Positions 40,924-54,532 of a DNA stretch of 64,000 nucleotides are shown in pieces. Within the stretch, counting starts at the first letter, position 1, and each line of letters begins with the position of its first letter. Origin of the DNA: Proteromonas lacertae (taxonomy: Eukaryota); the NCBI GenBank assembly GCA_002245135.1, contig NGBS01000588.1, positions 62,001-126,000 of the forward strand. The letters are read 5' to 3'. The notes under the pieces are model-generated. The model saw only the letters and a list, made by a program, of their open reading frames with translations. It did no database searches and was not told where the DNA came from. The position numbers and the translations under genes were made by a program.

Positions 40924-41129
40924 TTATTGATGAGATACTGATAATAATTCAAATGAAGTGCTTTTACCACCTAACTCAGCATAAGGATATAATGGAGAAG
41001 GCAAATCTTTAACAAGTAAAACAGGAGATGAATTATTATGACTAATCCAAAATTCTCTTTTATTCATATCAATAATCACTTCATAAATTGAACCATCTCC
41101 ATGATTATTGAAATTTGGATTTGATTTAA
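40924..41129 (-). pseudogene. 3' fragment of a BTB-Ig-SPRY family gene
   Basis: Encodes NPNFNNHGDGSIYEVIIDMNKREFWISHNNSSPVLLVKDLPSPLYPYAELGGKSTSFELLSVSHQ*. Confidence 0.9.
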
Positions 41130-41347
41130 TAAATAAGCTGTTAGTATTAGATGGAAATAATCGGTTAAGTGCGAGTGAATGTTTAAGACATAAATGGTTT
41201 GAAAAAGTATTAAAAGCAAGTGATTTAAAAGAGTTAGAAATACCAAGTAGTGGAGGTCATGAGTTAGAAACAAAACAATTTCGTCGAAAGAGAAATGAAT
41301 CTAATTCAATTCCTAAATCAATGAATGTAAATAAGAATATAAAATAA
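41120..41347 (+). pseudogene. C-terminal fragment of a Ser/Thr protein kinase
   Basis: DLINKLLVLDGNNRLSASECLRHKWF matches kinase subdomain XI. No upstream kinase sequence. Confidence 0.8.
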
Positions 41348-41386
41348 TTTAAAATGTTATTAATTATTATTTTCATTTTATATATT

Positions 41387-43510
41387 TTATTGGTAATGAG
41401 AAACTGATAATAACTCAATTGAAGCTTCTAAAATGGATAATACAACATAGGGATATAATGGAGAAGGTAAATCTTTAACAAGTAAAACAGGAGATGAATT
41501 ATTATGACTTATCCAAAATTCTCTTTTATTCATATCAACAATCACTTCATAAATTGAACCATCTCCATGATTATTGAAATTTGGATTTTTATTAACAACT
41601 CTTCCAATATGACAATCATCAGTTATATCTTGACTTTTACCATAAGATGCATAATAATTACATGTTGTTAACTCATAATAAACACAATAACCAGAATATG
41701 TATTATTAGTTGATAATCCTAACATCATACTATCATATTTACTTCCATTTTGATGAAATTTATATTTGATATGATAAACTCCATTTTCCATTTTCAAATT
41801 TAAATAACAATGATTCCAACCATCATTTGTGTTTGTTATTAATTTTCCATTATTTGATATTGATATTTCATCACTTTTGTTTAATTCTGTAAATTTTACA
41901 TCAACAAATTCTAATGATATTTTGAATTTCTTTTCACTTAGAATATTCTTACATATTATTTCATATTCTCTCTTTTCAATTTCTTTATTCACTTTTCCAT
42001 TAATTATTCCATTTTCTTTATTTATCATTAAACCATCTGGCAATGAAGGATTGATTGAAAATTCACATCGATTTCCATCAAATAAAGGAATTATTGGCAT
42101 TTCTTCATTTACCATTAATAAATATTCTGATTGAAGATATGAAAATGATGTGATTTCTTTTGTTTTTAATTCTTTCAATAATTCTTTATCTTTCAATATT
42201 TCTATCATTTCTTCTTCTTCTTCGAAACTCAGTTTATTCTCTTTTATATATTCTATTAATATTTCTTTAGATTTGGAGTTTAAATAATTATCTTCATTCA
42301 ATATTCTAAAAAGAATATCTTTTCCACATACTTCTTCTATTATTGAAATATTCTTTTTATCATCAACAAATAAACATAAACATTTCATTGTTCGATTTCT
42401 TTTATTCTCATTATATTCCATACATAATCTATCCAATAGATTTCTTTTTTCTGTATTTGAGATATATTCTATTTAAATATATTTTTAGTATTTATACTTT
42501 CCTTTTTCATATTTTTATATTTCATTATCATCAATACTATTTCACTCATTTTTATGTTCTTCATTTCTAATATACACATTATTTCATCATTCAATTCTTC
42601 TTCTTTCATCTTATCCAATATTCTTCTTTCTTCTTCATTAAATACTTCTTCATCTTTATCTTCATTGTAATTGTTGATTATTACATTTTGAATTCTCTCA
42701 TCTTTTATTAAATATAATTCTATATGATTTTTACATTCATTTTTCTTTAATTCTATTTTCATTTCTTTCAACATTTCTTTATTCTCTTTTTCTATCTCTT
42801 TCTCTTTTATCTTTTCACCATCGATATCTTCTTCTATCAAATGTTTAAAATCATCTTTAATCTCTTCATTATCTTTCTTATTCTTTTGGAATTTATACCA
42901 TTCTAATAACCGATTTAATAACCAACTCTCACTTCGAATTATCACATCTTTCATATTTAATATCTCAATCAAATTATTCATTTCTAATCTCAACAAATAT
43001 TCATTCTTATATAAATATTTATATCCTCGCTTTTCTATTTCCATATTTTTCAAGTCTTCTATCTCTCTCAAACATCCACCAAATACATTACAGATATGAA
43101 TTAATTTCATTAACACTTCATCATCTATATTATTCTTCACAAATTCATAACAATCATTTATTATCTCTTTTTCACAATAACATAAACAAAACATCAACAC
43201 TTCACACACATTCTCTTTACATATTATTAATTCACCACCACTGTAGTATTTCTCCATCTCATAATAGCCAATTTCTTCGATTTCTTCATATAATTCTAAA
43301 ACTCCAACAAACTCACGATCTAACAACAGTTTCTTTACAGTCTTATTTCCATTCACTAAAATTGACCTGATTGACATTATTCGATTATCTCCAATCTTCA
43401 CTTCTATATCAACAAAACCACTTTCAACCAATTTTCGACATAATCTATCATAAAAATAAATACAAAATATACCCATCTTCTCTTATGCTTTTATTCACTT
43501 TTATTATCAT
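41387..43510 (-). CDS. BTB / putative-Ig / SPRY-like family, copy 3 (intact, divergent 5' half)
   Basis: Two ORFs joined in frame by an intron at ~42469-42497. Same domain order as the other copies. Confidence 0.8.
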
Positions 43511-43980
43511 CTTTATGTAAATATATAACAAAAATAACGAAATTCAATTTTTATCAAAATTTTGAATAACCCAAAAATTAAAATGTGATTTAAATCACAT
43601 GGAGAAGGTAAGATGAAGACAATAATATTATATTCTGTTTTGTTAATGCATATTGCATATGATATGATAATATAAATGATGAATGTTAAGTTTTAGTGTT
43701 AATTAGTGTTATTGATAATGAAATGTAATATATATTGAATAACTAGTGCATATATACAAATAGTGATAATGAAGTAGTTGTAAAAATAGTGATAGTCATC
43801 CATTTAGTTTATTTATTAATGGTTGACATAGTTATATCTTTAATTATGATAAACTTTAACATTTTAATTATTTAATTTAAGAATTAAGCGTATTGCACCT
43901 TTTTTGGATTGCTATGATGAAAAACATTGTATTATAGGCAAGTAACAAACAATTATATATATAATAAAATAATTTATTGA

Positions 43981-45735
43981 CTATTTAACAACTAAAGACT
44001 TCAATTTTTCTTTCATAACATTATCAGGGAATTTAGTCTCAAAAACAGTAATAGCTTCTTCTATGCACTTCTTATCTATATTATTATTTGATTTATAATT
44101 ATTCTTATTCATATATATATCTAATATATCCTTCAACAACTCACTTTCATTCAAATCACAACATAAATGGATTGTATTTATTAAAGTGTCAGATTTATAA
44201 TTATTTATTCTACACTTCATAAAATAACTGCTATATAATTTCAATGCCTTTTTCTTATCTCCAAATTTTAAATAACTTTCACCCAATTGGTCTAATAAAG
44301 ACGCATTATTAGTATTTGGTGAGTGTAATAAATAAATTTCATTTATTAATTTTATTTCATTCAATTCTCTCAAAGCATGAACAATATAAGATAATGATGA
44401 GTCATAAGCTGTAAAACTGACACTTCTAATTATTCCATATATCATTTTTATATCTTCATATCTCTGACTATTCACAAGTTCAAAGAGAAATGGATTTAAA
44501 GCATTTGCATCAATATTTGTTTTAATTGAAATTAATAATTTAAAAATTTCAATCATATCATCTTTTGATTCATTTAGATAGAATAATAATATCAATTTTA
44601 AAGTCTTATTTCTCACTAATTCTATTTGCTTTTTGGATGTGATTATTTTATCTATTAATTCTTGAGCTTTATTTCTATTACCACTATTCATATATATTGA
44701 TATTAATGAAGAGTAATAATTATCTTCATTTATTATATTCAATTTATTATTATTATTAAGAATATATTCACAACATTTCACTCCAACAGTATATTCATTC
44801 AAATTAAAGCATGCAAGTGATAGAGACTGTAAAATATTAAAATTTAACATTTTTTGATTATTTTCTAACATTCTTTCACATTCATTGATTATTTCTTTAT
44901 ATTTATTCAATCGACACAATGCTGTTAAATATAAACCAAAATGTAAATGATTTACACCTCTTTCAAAGTTACGTTGATATTGAAACGACTCAATGGATTT
45001 CTCAAATTGTTCATTTTCTTGTAAAGTTACTAATAAATGAATATAAGCTGTTGAACTCATAAAATAATCATATTCTTTGATAGACTCAAACATATCCCAA
45101 GCTTTTTTCCATAACCTCTGTTCTCTATATGCACGAATCATTGGTGCTTGTATTCTTCCATCCTTTAATATGTATTTCTTATTCAATTCTTCATAAAATT
45201 GATCTAATTCTGCATACATTTGGTAGAAACAAAGTGTGTGTAATATATAGTGATATATTGTATTTGTCGGTAGGATTTTATTCTCATTTTTCATTTTAAA
45301 TACTATTTCCATTGCTCTATCTATATTTCCTCCTTTACAGTATAATTTTATTCCATGTTCATACAAACACATTGGAAACTGCGTATTTGTTGCTTCTAGT
45401 CTCCTAAACAAATCATCAGCTTCTGGATATGAATTGTTATTATCAAATTGATTAAATAAATTAACCAATTCATCTATGTTGTTTTCTGCTATTAGTTTAT
45501 CAAGAACTGGATTTGGTTGAAGTGTTTTTTCTACTGGTGGTTTCTTTTCTTTTAAATCTTCATTAACAATAATATTTGGATGTTTTGGTGGAGTATTGGT
45601 TGAAAAATATATTGTTGAAGGTGTTATAAATGAAGAAAAAACTTTAAACTGTGGACATACTGGAGCATGCAACTGATGTGATAATGATCGATTTATTTTC
45701 ACAATCTTAGATAAAGACTTCGATAAACGAAACAT
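43981..45735 (-). CDS. Pentatricopeptide-repeat protein with mitochondrial-type presequence
   Basis: MFRLSKSLSK leader and ~35-aa repeats such as YEHGIKLYCKGGNIDRAMEIVFKM. Confidence 0.8.
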   Translation of the reverse strand: MFRLSKSLSKIVKINRSLSHQLHAPVCPQFKVFSSFITPSTIYFSTNTPPKHPNIIVNEDLKEKKPPVEKTLQPNPVLDKLIAENNIDELVNLFNQFDNNNSYPEADDLFRRLEATNTQFPMCLYEHGIKLYCKGGNIDRAMEIVFKMKNENKILPTNTIYHYILHTLCFYQMYAELDQFYEELNKKYILKDGRIQAPMIRAYREQRLWKKAWDMFESIKEYDYFMSSTAYIHLLVTLQENEQFEKSIESFQYQRNFERGVNHLHFGLYLTALCRLNKYKEIINECERMLENNQKMLNFNILQSLSLACFNLNEYTVGVKCCEYILNNNNKLNIINEDNYYSSLISIYMNSGNRNKAQELIDKIITSKKQIELVRNKTLKLILLFYLNESKDDMIEIFKLLISIKTNIDANALNPFLFELVNSQRYEDIKMIYGIIRSVSFTAYDSSLSYIVHALRELNEIKLINEIYLLHSPNTNNASLLDQLGESYLKFGDKKKALKLYSSYFMKCRINNYKSDTLINTIHLCCDLNESELLKDILDIYMNKNNYKSNNNIDKKCIEEAITVFETKFPDNVMKEKLKSLVVK

Positions 45736-45832
45736 GATTTAAAAAAGAGGTTTGATTCTAAATCAAGCCAAGCTATACTCAAATTCTGTTTTATTTTATT
45801 TTTTAATTTTTTGAGATAAATAGATATTCAAA

Positions 45833-48800
45833 ATGAATAGAAATTTGTTTGCACCAGGAGCACCTATGAGTACTAACAATATAGAGGGAGAAAGTGAGAG
45901 AGATCGAAGATTGAGGCTTAGGAGGGAAGAGGAGAATGAGAAAGAACAATTCAATGAATCCTACAAATATATTACAAGAAGCTATTTCAAAACCACCACC
46001 TGTGCAGCAAGTTCAACCGATTCAATATCAACAACCACAACCAATAGCAGTTGAACAATCTAATAATCCTACTCTACAACCACAACAGTATATATATAAC
46101 TTTAAAATTATTTATAATTAGAATTTCAAAGACTTTAATACCAACTGAAATAATATCAAATAATCAAATTCCACAATCCGAACCAATACAAAGACAAGAA
46201 CCAAAATATTCAGAACCTGCTCAAATACAACAACAACCAGTTGAACAAAATTTACCAAAAAGAGCCAATCAAAGTAATGGAATATTTAGTGATGCAAAAC
46301 CTCCAATCAGAAGAAGAGAGAAGAAGAAAACAACAACAGAAATTAGAATATGCAAGGGAATTGGAAGAACAGATGAGATTAAAAGAAGAGAAGAAAAAGC
46401 AATCTCAACAACTTAGACAAGAACCATCATATCAACAACAACTTCAACAAGGTAATTATAATCAAGCACCTTCACAGAATGATGAAGAAATACGAAAAAG
46501 ACAACAGCAAGAAGAATACAGAAGGCAATTGGAAGAACAGATGAGAATAAAAGAACAACAAAAAAGACTTAAAGATTCCCCAATTCAATCTAACCATCAA
46601 CAAAATAATAATAATAATCCACTATATGGCGATGCAAAACCTCAATCAGAAGAAGAAAGAAGAAGAAGACAACAGCAATTAGAATATAGAAAGGAATTAG
46701 AAGAACAGATGAGATTAAAAGAAGAAAGAAAAAAGCAATCTCAACAACTTAGACAAGAACCAATATACCAACAACAACCTCCACTTCAACAACAACAACA
46801 ACAGTATCAATATAACCAAATGGGAAGAGGAAATAATATAAATGATGAGGAAAGAAGAAAGAAACAGGAATATGCTAGAGAATTGGAAGAACAAATGAGA
46901 GTAAAAGAACAACAAAAGAAACAAAGATATTATGATGAAACTTATAACCATCCACCACCTCAACAACAACAACAACAACAATATCAACAACCAATCAACT
47001 ATAATAATAATAATAATCATGTTAATAGTGACGAATATATTAAGAGGTATAATTATATATATATATATATATTAATATTTTAGACAACAACAAAAGCAAT
47101 ATGCAAGAGAGCTTGAAGAACAAATGAGACTTAAGGAAGAAAAGAAGAAACAATCTCAACAACTAAGACAACAGCCTATTTATCAACCACAACCACCATT
47201 ACAACAATATCCACCTCCACAACAACAACCACCATTCTCTTATCCACCAGTAGAACCAATACAATCACAGCCAATTCAATATTATTCACCACCTCAACCA
47301 TCCTATAATCAACAACCACCACTCCAGCCAATGTATAATAATAACAGTTTATATGAACCAATTCAACAACAACCACCACCACAACAACAACAATATCCTC
47401 CTCAATATCAACCACAAATGCAACAACAACAACCTCTTTATCCTCAACAACAACAACAGAATGGTGGTGGTGTATTAGATGAAAGAGCAAAATATCGAAT
47501 GGAATTAGAAAAACAGATGGTTGAAAAGAAACAAAGAGAATTAATGGAAAAGAGAAAAATTGAAGAAGAAGATAGAAAATATGAAAATGAATTTTACCAG
47601 AATTTGAATAAACAAAATAATAATAATAATAATAATAATATGTTTAAACAACCTGAACCAATGATGGGTGGTGGTTATGGAGGTGGAGTAAAGAATGATT
47701 CTCCCCAGAAGTTTACTCGATTTCAATTAGAAGCAATGGATCCTCAAGAAAGAGATAATTATTTAGCAAAGAAGAAGAAACAAGAAGAAATTAATAGAAT
47801 ACTACAGGAACAAATAGAAGAAGCAAAACGAAAGAAAGAAGAAGAGAAACGAAAGTTAGAAGAAGAAGAAAGACGAGATAGAGAAAGAATCGAAAGAGAA
47901 CAACGAATATTAGAAGAGAGATATAAAGAAGAAGAAGAGCGAGAAAGAAAGAAGAAAGAAGAAAAAATGAAAATTCCCTCTAATAATAAACCACCACTAA
48001 TACCAACTAATGAAAAACCAATATCTCCAATTCAATCTGATAATAATAATCTATCTGCCAGTATATATATTATAATATTCATATAATAATAGAAGAGCGA
48101 ATGAGAGAAGAATTATTAGCCGAAGAAGAAGAAAATCTAAGATTAGAAAGAGAAAGAGATGAAATTCAAAAGAGATATTTAGAAGAATTAGAAAGGGAAA
48201 AACAAATGATGATAAAACCAATTCAACCATTAGAACAACAACAACAACAACAGCAAGATAATAGCCATAATAATATTAATGATAATCAATCTCAACTTCC
48301 ATTCTCTTCCAACACCTCATCGAATAGAAATTCTCGATTTACTGATATGTTTAATCCCAAATCTCCTTCAACTGTTGTAACAAGATCAACAAATGAACAA
48401 AGTCCCAATTCAATAGATTCACAATATATACCTCCAATTAATAATCCAATAATTCCCTCAAATGAATTACCATTTAAACCAATTACACCATCTTATATTC
48501 CACCACCAACACAATCATCATTATCCTATCGATCAGGTAAATCATTACAACAACAACAACAACAACAATCACAACAACCAAATATTGGAATAAGTGAATT
48601 AAATGAAATAAAAGATCAAATAGCTGATGATCGAAAACATCTTGAAGAAGCCTTATTAAATCAAGAAAGAATGATAAAACAACTACAAGATCAAATTGAA
48701 AGATCATTAAAAGATCGAGAAAATAATGATGAAAAAGTGAAAGAATTAGAAAGACTATTGAAAGAAAAAGATCGAATAGAAGAAGAACATAATAATGATT

Positions 48801-50627
48801 TAGAATTAAAGAATAAGTTAGAAAATCTCCATCCTGATTCTCATCGACCTATATCCTCCTCATCTTCGACTTTCCTCCAAATCATCATTATGTTCATTAA
48901 AACGCCAAATGAAATCTAAAGAGAGTAATAATATAAAACGAGAATTGAATTTTGATGATTTATTCAAAGCTGAATATCCTCCTCCATCCACTCCTTATAT
49001 ACCAAATATTACAAGTGGATGTGATTTAATTCATAAAACTACACCTAAATCCACAACTCCTACCTCTCGCATCTTAATAAATAAAAATAATGATAAAATT
49101 ACATCATCTTCAACTCCCTTATCTTCCTTATATACTCCACTCCCTTCTTCCATAATCTCTTCTTCATCTCAAAAATCGAATAATAATACTACTAATAATA
49201 ATAATAGTAGAAGATTAATGACTCCAAATGAGAATGATATTCCTACAATTGCCTTAAACAGTCCATCACCAATGAAATCTATTGATAAAGAAAATGATGA
49301 AAGTCCAATTCCTCACTATATAAAAGCATTTGATAATGATATAATCGAAGAAAGTTTGCCTGGTTTAGAATCTGAATTTAATCCAATCACTCCAAAATCT
49401 TCCTCTTCAATGTTATCAATTCCTGCAGTTCCAATAAATAAATCAATAATGATAGATAAAAGTATAAATCGAATAAGTAGTCCATTCAGCTCTTCTAACA
49501 ATGTTAACAAAAGTAATGATTTGAATAAAACCTTAGATGTATATATATATAAATATAATAATATTATTAATAGAAAAATGATGCTTTAATGGATTTATCG
49601 TTAGATACAAGTACAAAATTTGTATATCCGAATGGAGTAGTTCAAATCCCTACAATTCAATCTCCAGTTTTATCATCAATCTCTTCCTCCTCCTCCTTAT
49701 CATCAAGACCAAATACAAATACAACGAATAGAAGTGCTAATAATAATAATAATTCAATAGTGAGTAAAAAGAGATTATCAAATAATGCCAGTCAAATCTT
49801 AAACAGTTTATCTCCTCCTTCACATAATCGAAGTATAATAAAATCTAGCAAATCGAATATAAATCTAAAGTATAAATAATAATGATATAATATATAATAA
49901 TGTAAAATAGACCTGATATTCTTTCTTCTGAAAATTCATTTAAATCTTCTTCATCATCATCAAAATGTTTAAATTCAATTAGTCCATTCACACCTCCTCC
50001 ACAATCTCAAATACCTCCTCCAATTCCATTATCTAGTCGAAGTTCATATTCAAATAATGGTGAATTATCAAGTCGAAAGTAGTAATTCAAAATATACTCC
50101 TCGCTATGGTAATATAATAAGTGAAAGAAATAGTGCAAGTAATAATAAAAGAAGAGAAAGTGTAATATCAACTCCTTCAATACTAAATAAAGTCGAAAAT
50201 GATGTAAATATCAAAACTCCAGTAACACCTTTATATGATGAAGAAAATGAAAATGAATTTGAAGACAGTTTAGATTTGGAATTAAATCATAATGATAATA
50301 ATAGAAATGAAAAATTATATAATAATTCAGTATACAGTGAAAATAATAATTCAATAATTTCAGTTGATATAAATAATATTTATAAAAAGAACAAAAAGAA
50401 ACTAGATTTATTACAAGTATATTTGTTATGTCTATAATAATAATATAATAGAAAGTAGAAAATAATACAAATATAGATGAATTAGATTTACTTTTGCGAG
50501 ATTTTCAAAAATATGAGAAACGAGTATATTTATAATATTTATTAATATTGTGATTGTATAGCCTTTAACAAAAGAATCTGAAATGAGTTTAGGAGGCAAT
50601 ATTCGTTGGATGAATGATGATTTGTAA
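45833..50627 (+). CDS. Large Q/P/N-rich coiled-coil protein with EY(A/R)RELEEQMR repeats, CSPP1/CCDC66-like
   Basis: Five or more EYxxELEEQMRxKE units and a DPQER...QEQIEEAKRKKEEEKR segment. Several 1-nt indels and short introns. Confidence 0.55.
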
Positions 50628-50810
50628 AATTAATAGAATCTATTTAAATTTATATATTTTTATTTGATTTATAACAGAATAATGCTATAATACAAAGTAA
50701 ATTCCATATTTAATCAAAAACAAAATCAAGCCTTTTAAATTGTAATTCGAGCTTATCTTATTTTCAATAACAAATAAACAATTAAATAATATATATATAA
50801 GCAATCAATA

Positions 50811-52942
50811 TTAATCTTCATAAGAAACTGATAATAATTCTATTGATGTATTATCTCCATAAACTGAAGCATATGGTATATAATGGAGAAGGTAAATCTT
50901 TAACAAGTAAAACAGGAGATGAATCATTATGACTAATCCAAAATTCTCTTTTATTCATATCAACAATCACTTCATAAATTGAACCATCTCCTATGATTAT
51001 TGAAATTTGGATTTTTTATTAACAACTGCTTCCAATATGACAAATATCGAGTAATATCTCATACTTTTACCATGAAGATGCCAGGATAATTACATGCTGT
51101 TGATTGATTTATGAAATATCCATCTACCGGAATATGTATTATCAGTTGATAATCCTATAATTATGCCATCATATTTACTTCTATTTCGATGAAATTTATA
51201 TTTCATATGATAAACTCCATTTTCCATTTTCAAATTCAAATAACAATGATGATAACTATTCATTTGTGTTTGTTCATTAATTTTCCATTATTTGATATTG
51301 AATATTCCATAACTTTTGATTTAATTCTGTAAATTTTACATCTATAAATTCTAATGATATTTTGAATTTCTTTTCACTTAGAATATTCTTACAACTTATT
51401 TCATATTCTCTATTTTCGATTTCTTCAGCAGTTTTCCATGAATTATTCCATTTTCTTTATCTATCATTATTCCTTCAGGTAAGGATGGATTGATTGTAAA
51501 TTCACATTCACTTCCATCAAATGAAGGAATTATCGAGCATTTCTTCATCTAATATAAATGAATATTCTGATTGAGGATATGAAAATGATGTGATTTCTTT
51601 TGTTTTTAATTCTTCTAATAAGTCTTTATCAAATATTATTCTACTCATTTCTTCTTCTTCATTCTCATTCAATCTCATTTCTTTTATATATTCTATTAAT
51701 CTTCGATTTGGATTTAAGATAATAATCTTCATTCAATATTCTGTAAAAGTACCTCTTTTCCACATAGATATTCTATTGTTGAAATTGATTTTTTATCATC
51801 AACAAATAAACATAAACATTTGATTGTTCGATTTCTTTTATATTCTCCATATTCACAACACAGTTTTCCTAACAACTTATTCTTTATTTCATATGGAATT
51901 ATTTCATTTAATTTCATTTCCATTATCACATTTAAAACTATTTCTATCATTTTCATATCTTCATTATTCAATAGTTTCATTAAATCTTCTTTTATTTCTG
52001 TTTTATTCAACACTTCTATTTCATTTACTTTTAATAACATTTCTTTTTCTTCTTCAATATAATAGTCATGTATTATTTTTATCAATTTTTCATTCTTGAT
52101 TTCATCCATTCTAATTGATATATGAATATTCTTATTCTCATTTGATATTTTGATATTTAATTCACTTAATTCCAACAAATATTCTTCATCGATATTCTCA
52201 TATTCTATTTCATCAAAATGAATTTTAGTTTTTAAGAGTGAAATAAAATCATTTACTTCTTCTTCTTCATTATATTCTTTTTCTTTTAATACATTCTTAT
52301 ACCATTTCAATAATCGATTTAATAACCAACTCTCATCTTTGATTATCAGTTTCTTATTTGATAATATCAATTTTAAACTTTCAATATTCAGTTTTAATAA
52401 TAAATCATCTATTACATATTATATTACTATTTATACCTTCTGTTAAGTATTTGTAACCTTTTTCAATCAAGTATTTTTCACTCATGTATTTCAATTGAAT
52501 AAGATTATTGATATTTAAACCATTTAACATTGAACAAACTTCTATTATTATTATGTCATTTAGATGACTTTTCAAATATTTCTTACATATCTTCATTATT
52601 CGATTGTCATTGTAATAAATACTGAATCTCAATATATCGCAGATATTATCTTCATTTATTTCCATATATCCACCACTGTAGTATTTCTCTATCTCTAAAA
52701 ATGAATTTATTTCACATTTTTCATATAACTCTAATACTCCTGTCATTTGCTCATCTAACAATAACTTCTTTATTGTCTCATTACCAGTCATCAAGATACT
52801 TTTCACACAAGTAACTTCTTCATTACCAATTTTTACTTTCACATCACCAAAACCACTATCAACTAACTTTCTACATAATCTATAAATTCAAATATTAGTA
52901 TTTATACCCTCTACTACCGATATCGTCATCTATTACTTTCAT
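50811..52942 (-). pseudogene. BTB / putative-Ig / SPRY-like family, copy 4; near-identical inverted duplicate of 5246-7360
   Basis: The 145-aa BTB exon differs from copy 1 at one residue. Many small indels in the 3' half. Confidence 0.8.
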
Positions 52943-53060
52943 TTAAGCAAATTATTGATTTTGGAACAATTACTGAAAGGAGAGTCGTTTCATTTCATTT
53001 CTCTTCAATTTATTGGTTAATTTCATTTATTTTCATAAACCAAGTTAAAATCATAGTTTT

Positions 53061-54291
53061 ATGTCCTCAAGCGTTTCTCACAAACATAAATCTAGTATAA
53101 TTAGTGTTTTTATGTTTTATAGAACATCATTCTTCTCGATCGAGTTACAATAAAGGAATGTATAAATAAAATCCATTTTCTATATGTAGTGAAGAACACC
53201 GTCTCATTTATACAAAAAACAGGGTTGTAGAACCTCCCTGTCCCGAAGTTGATGATGGTTCACCTTTAATAGATATGAATAATGCCAGTTTATCAAAAAA
53301 ATGTAGTCAAAATAATGAGAATAAAGAATTATCAAAAGAAGATCCTATGAACAAATGTGTTGTTACTGAAGTTGTATGTAATAATAGTCAATGTAAAACA
53401 TCCAAACCAAGTGAAATCCATTCAAATATGAGTATATATCGTTTAAAATGGGGTATAATAAAGACTTTAATAAAATTATCTCTATTACTAAAGAATCCAA
53501 TTGTTCATTCTGTAGAAATCGATGAATTTGAAAAAGAGATCGATTTATTTGAGCCAATAAAACGAAGTGAATCTGCAATATTTGATTCAATGGGAATGCC
53601 TCGAAGAAGATCCTCGAATTTATCAGCTAATAAACATTCATATTGTAAACCAGTTTCTTCATTAGGTCCATCAGCATCTGCATGTAATGAAATGTTTGTA
53701 GATAGTGTAAGTCGAATTCAAAATGAAGAAAAATTTCTGAGTTTAATAAAGAAAGGTGATAATGAAAGTTTAAAAGAATTAGAAAAGTTATGTACTGAAG
53801 ATCCAAACTTTTATTATGCTGATGATGATAGTCGAAGATTAGTAAATCATGTTGATAAATATAATCGAAGTGGATTATATATCGCTTGTCAAAATGGTAA
53901 TTTACCATTAGTTCGATTATTATTAGAATTACGATGTGATAAATCAATTGCAGCTGATATTGATGTATCTTCATCATCATCATCTTCATCATCATCTTCA
54001 AGTGATGATGATAAAAATAATGTTAATAATAATAATAATAATAATAAGCGAAGAAGAAGAAGTTCAAGTAGTAGCAGTTCGAGTAGTAGTAGTTCAAGTG
54101 ATGAAAGTGAAAATAGTAGTGATGATGAAAGTGATGTAGATGATAATGAAACTCCATTAGAATGTGCATCTCGTTGGGGTTATATAAAGATAGTAAAAGC
54201 AATTGTGAACAGTTTTAATGATTTGGGTAATGTCCATGTATATAAAATGATTCGAAAAGCTAAAAGAGTAACCAATAATAAGAATATGTAA
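53061..54291 (+). CDS. Ankyrin-repeat protein with Ser/Asn/Asp low-complexity insert
   Basis: DKYNRSGLYIACQNGNLPLVRLLL and ETPLECASRWGYIKIVKAIV. True stop may be ~54367 if one base is an insertion. Confidence 0.8.
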
Positions 54292-54532
54292 ATTATTTTT
54301 AAGAAATTGTACTCGTAAATATAAAAGATCCAATAGTTCTTTTAGATGTACAAATAGGTTAGAATAAATTAAATATTTTATATGTGTTTTATTTTTATAA
54401 GTGTTGTGTTAGATGTATAATTGTTAATTTAGTAAACAAAAACAATAGTATTCAAGTTTTATAGACTTTATAAAGTGTATGTAGAAAGCTAAAAGCATTT
54501 AAAACAAAATCACATCAACAAATTCAATTTAA

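Noticed and set aside
46290..47180. CRISPR-like or DGR-like repeat structure
   Set aside because: Repeats are in-frame coding units of irregular spacing in a eukaryotic gene. No cas gene or reverse transcriptase is present.
46715..54139. Antisense or alternate-frame ORFs rich in I/L/V/M (e.g. 46715-47020, 47176-47490, 53627-54001)
   Set aside because: Shadows of low-complexity coding sequence in another frame or strand.
45930..54300. Clustered 1-nt frameshifts as an editing or recoding system
   Set aside because: Scattered single-base insertions (e.g. ~46303, ~50077, many in 50870-51750) look like unpolished long-read error or decay, with no shared motif.
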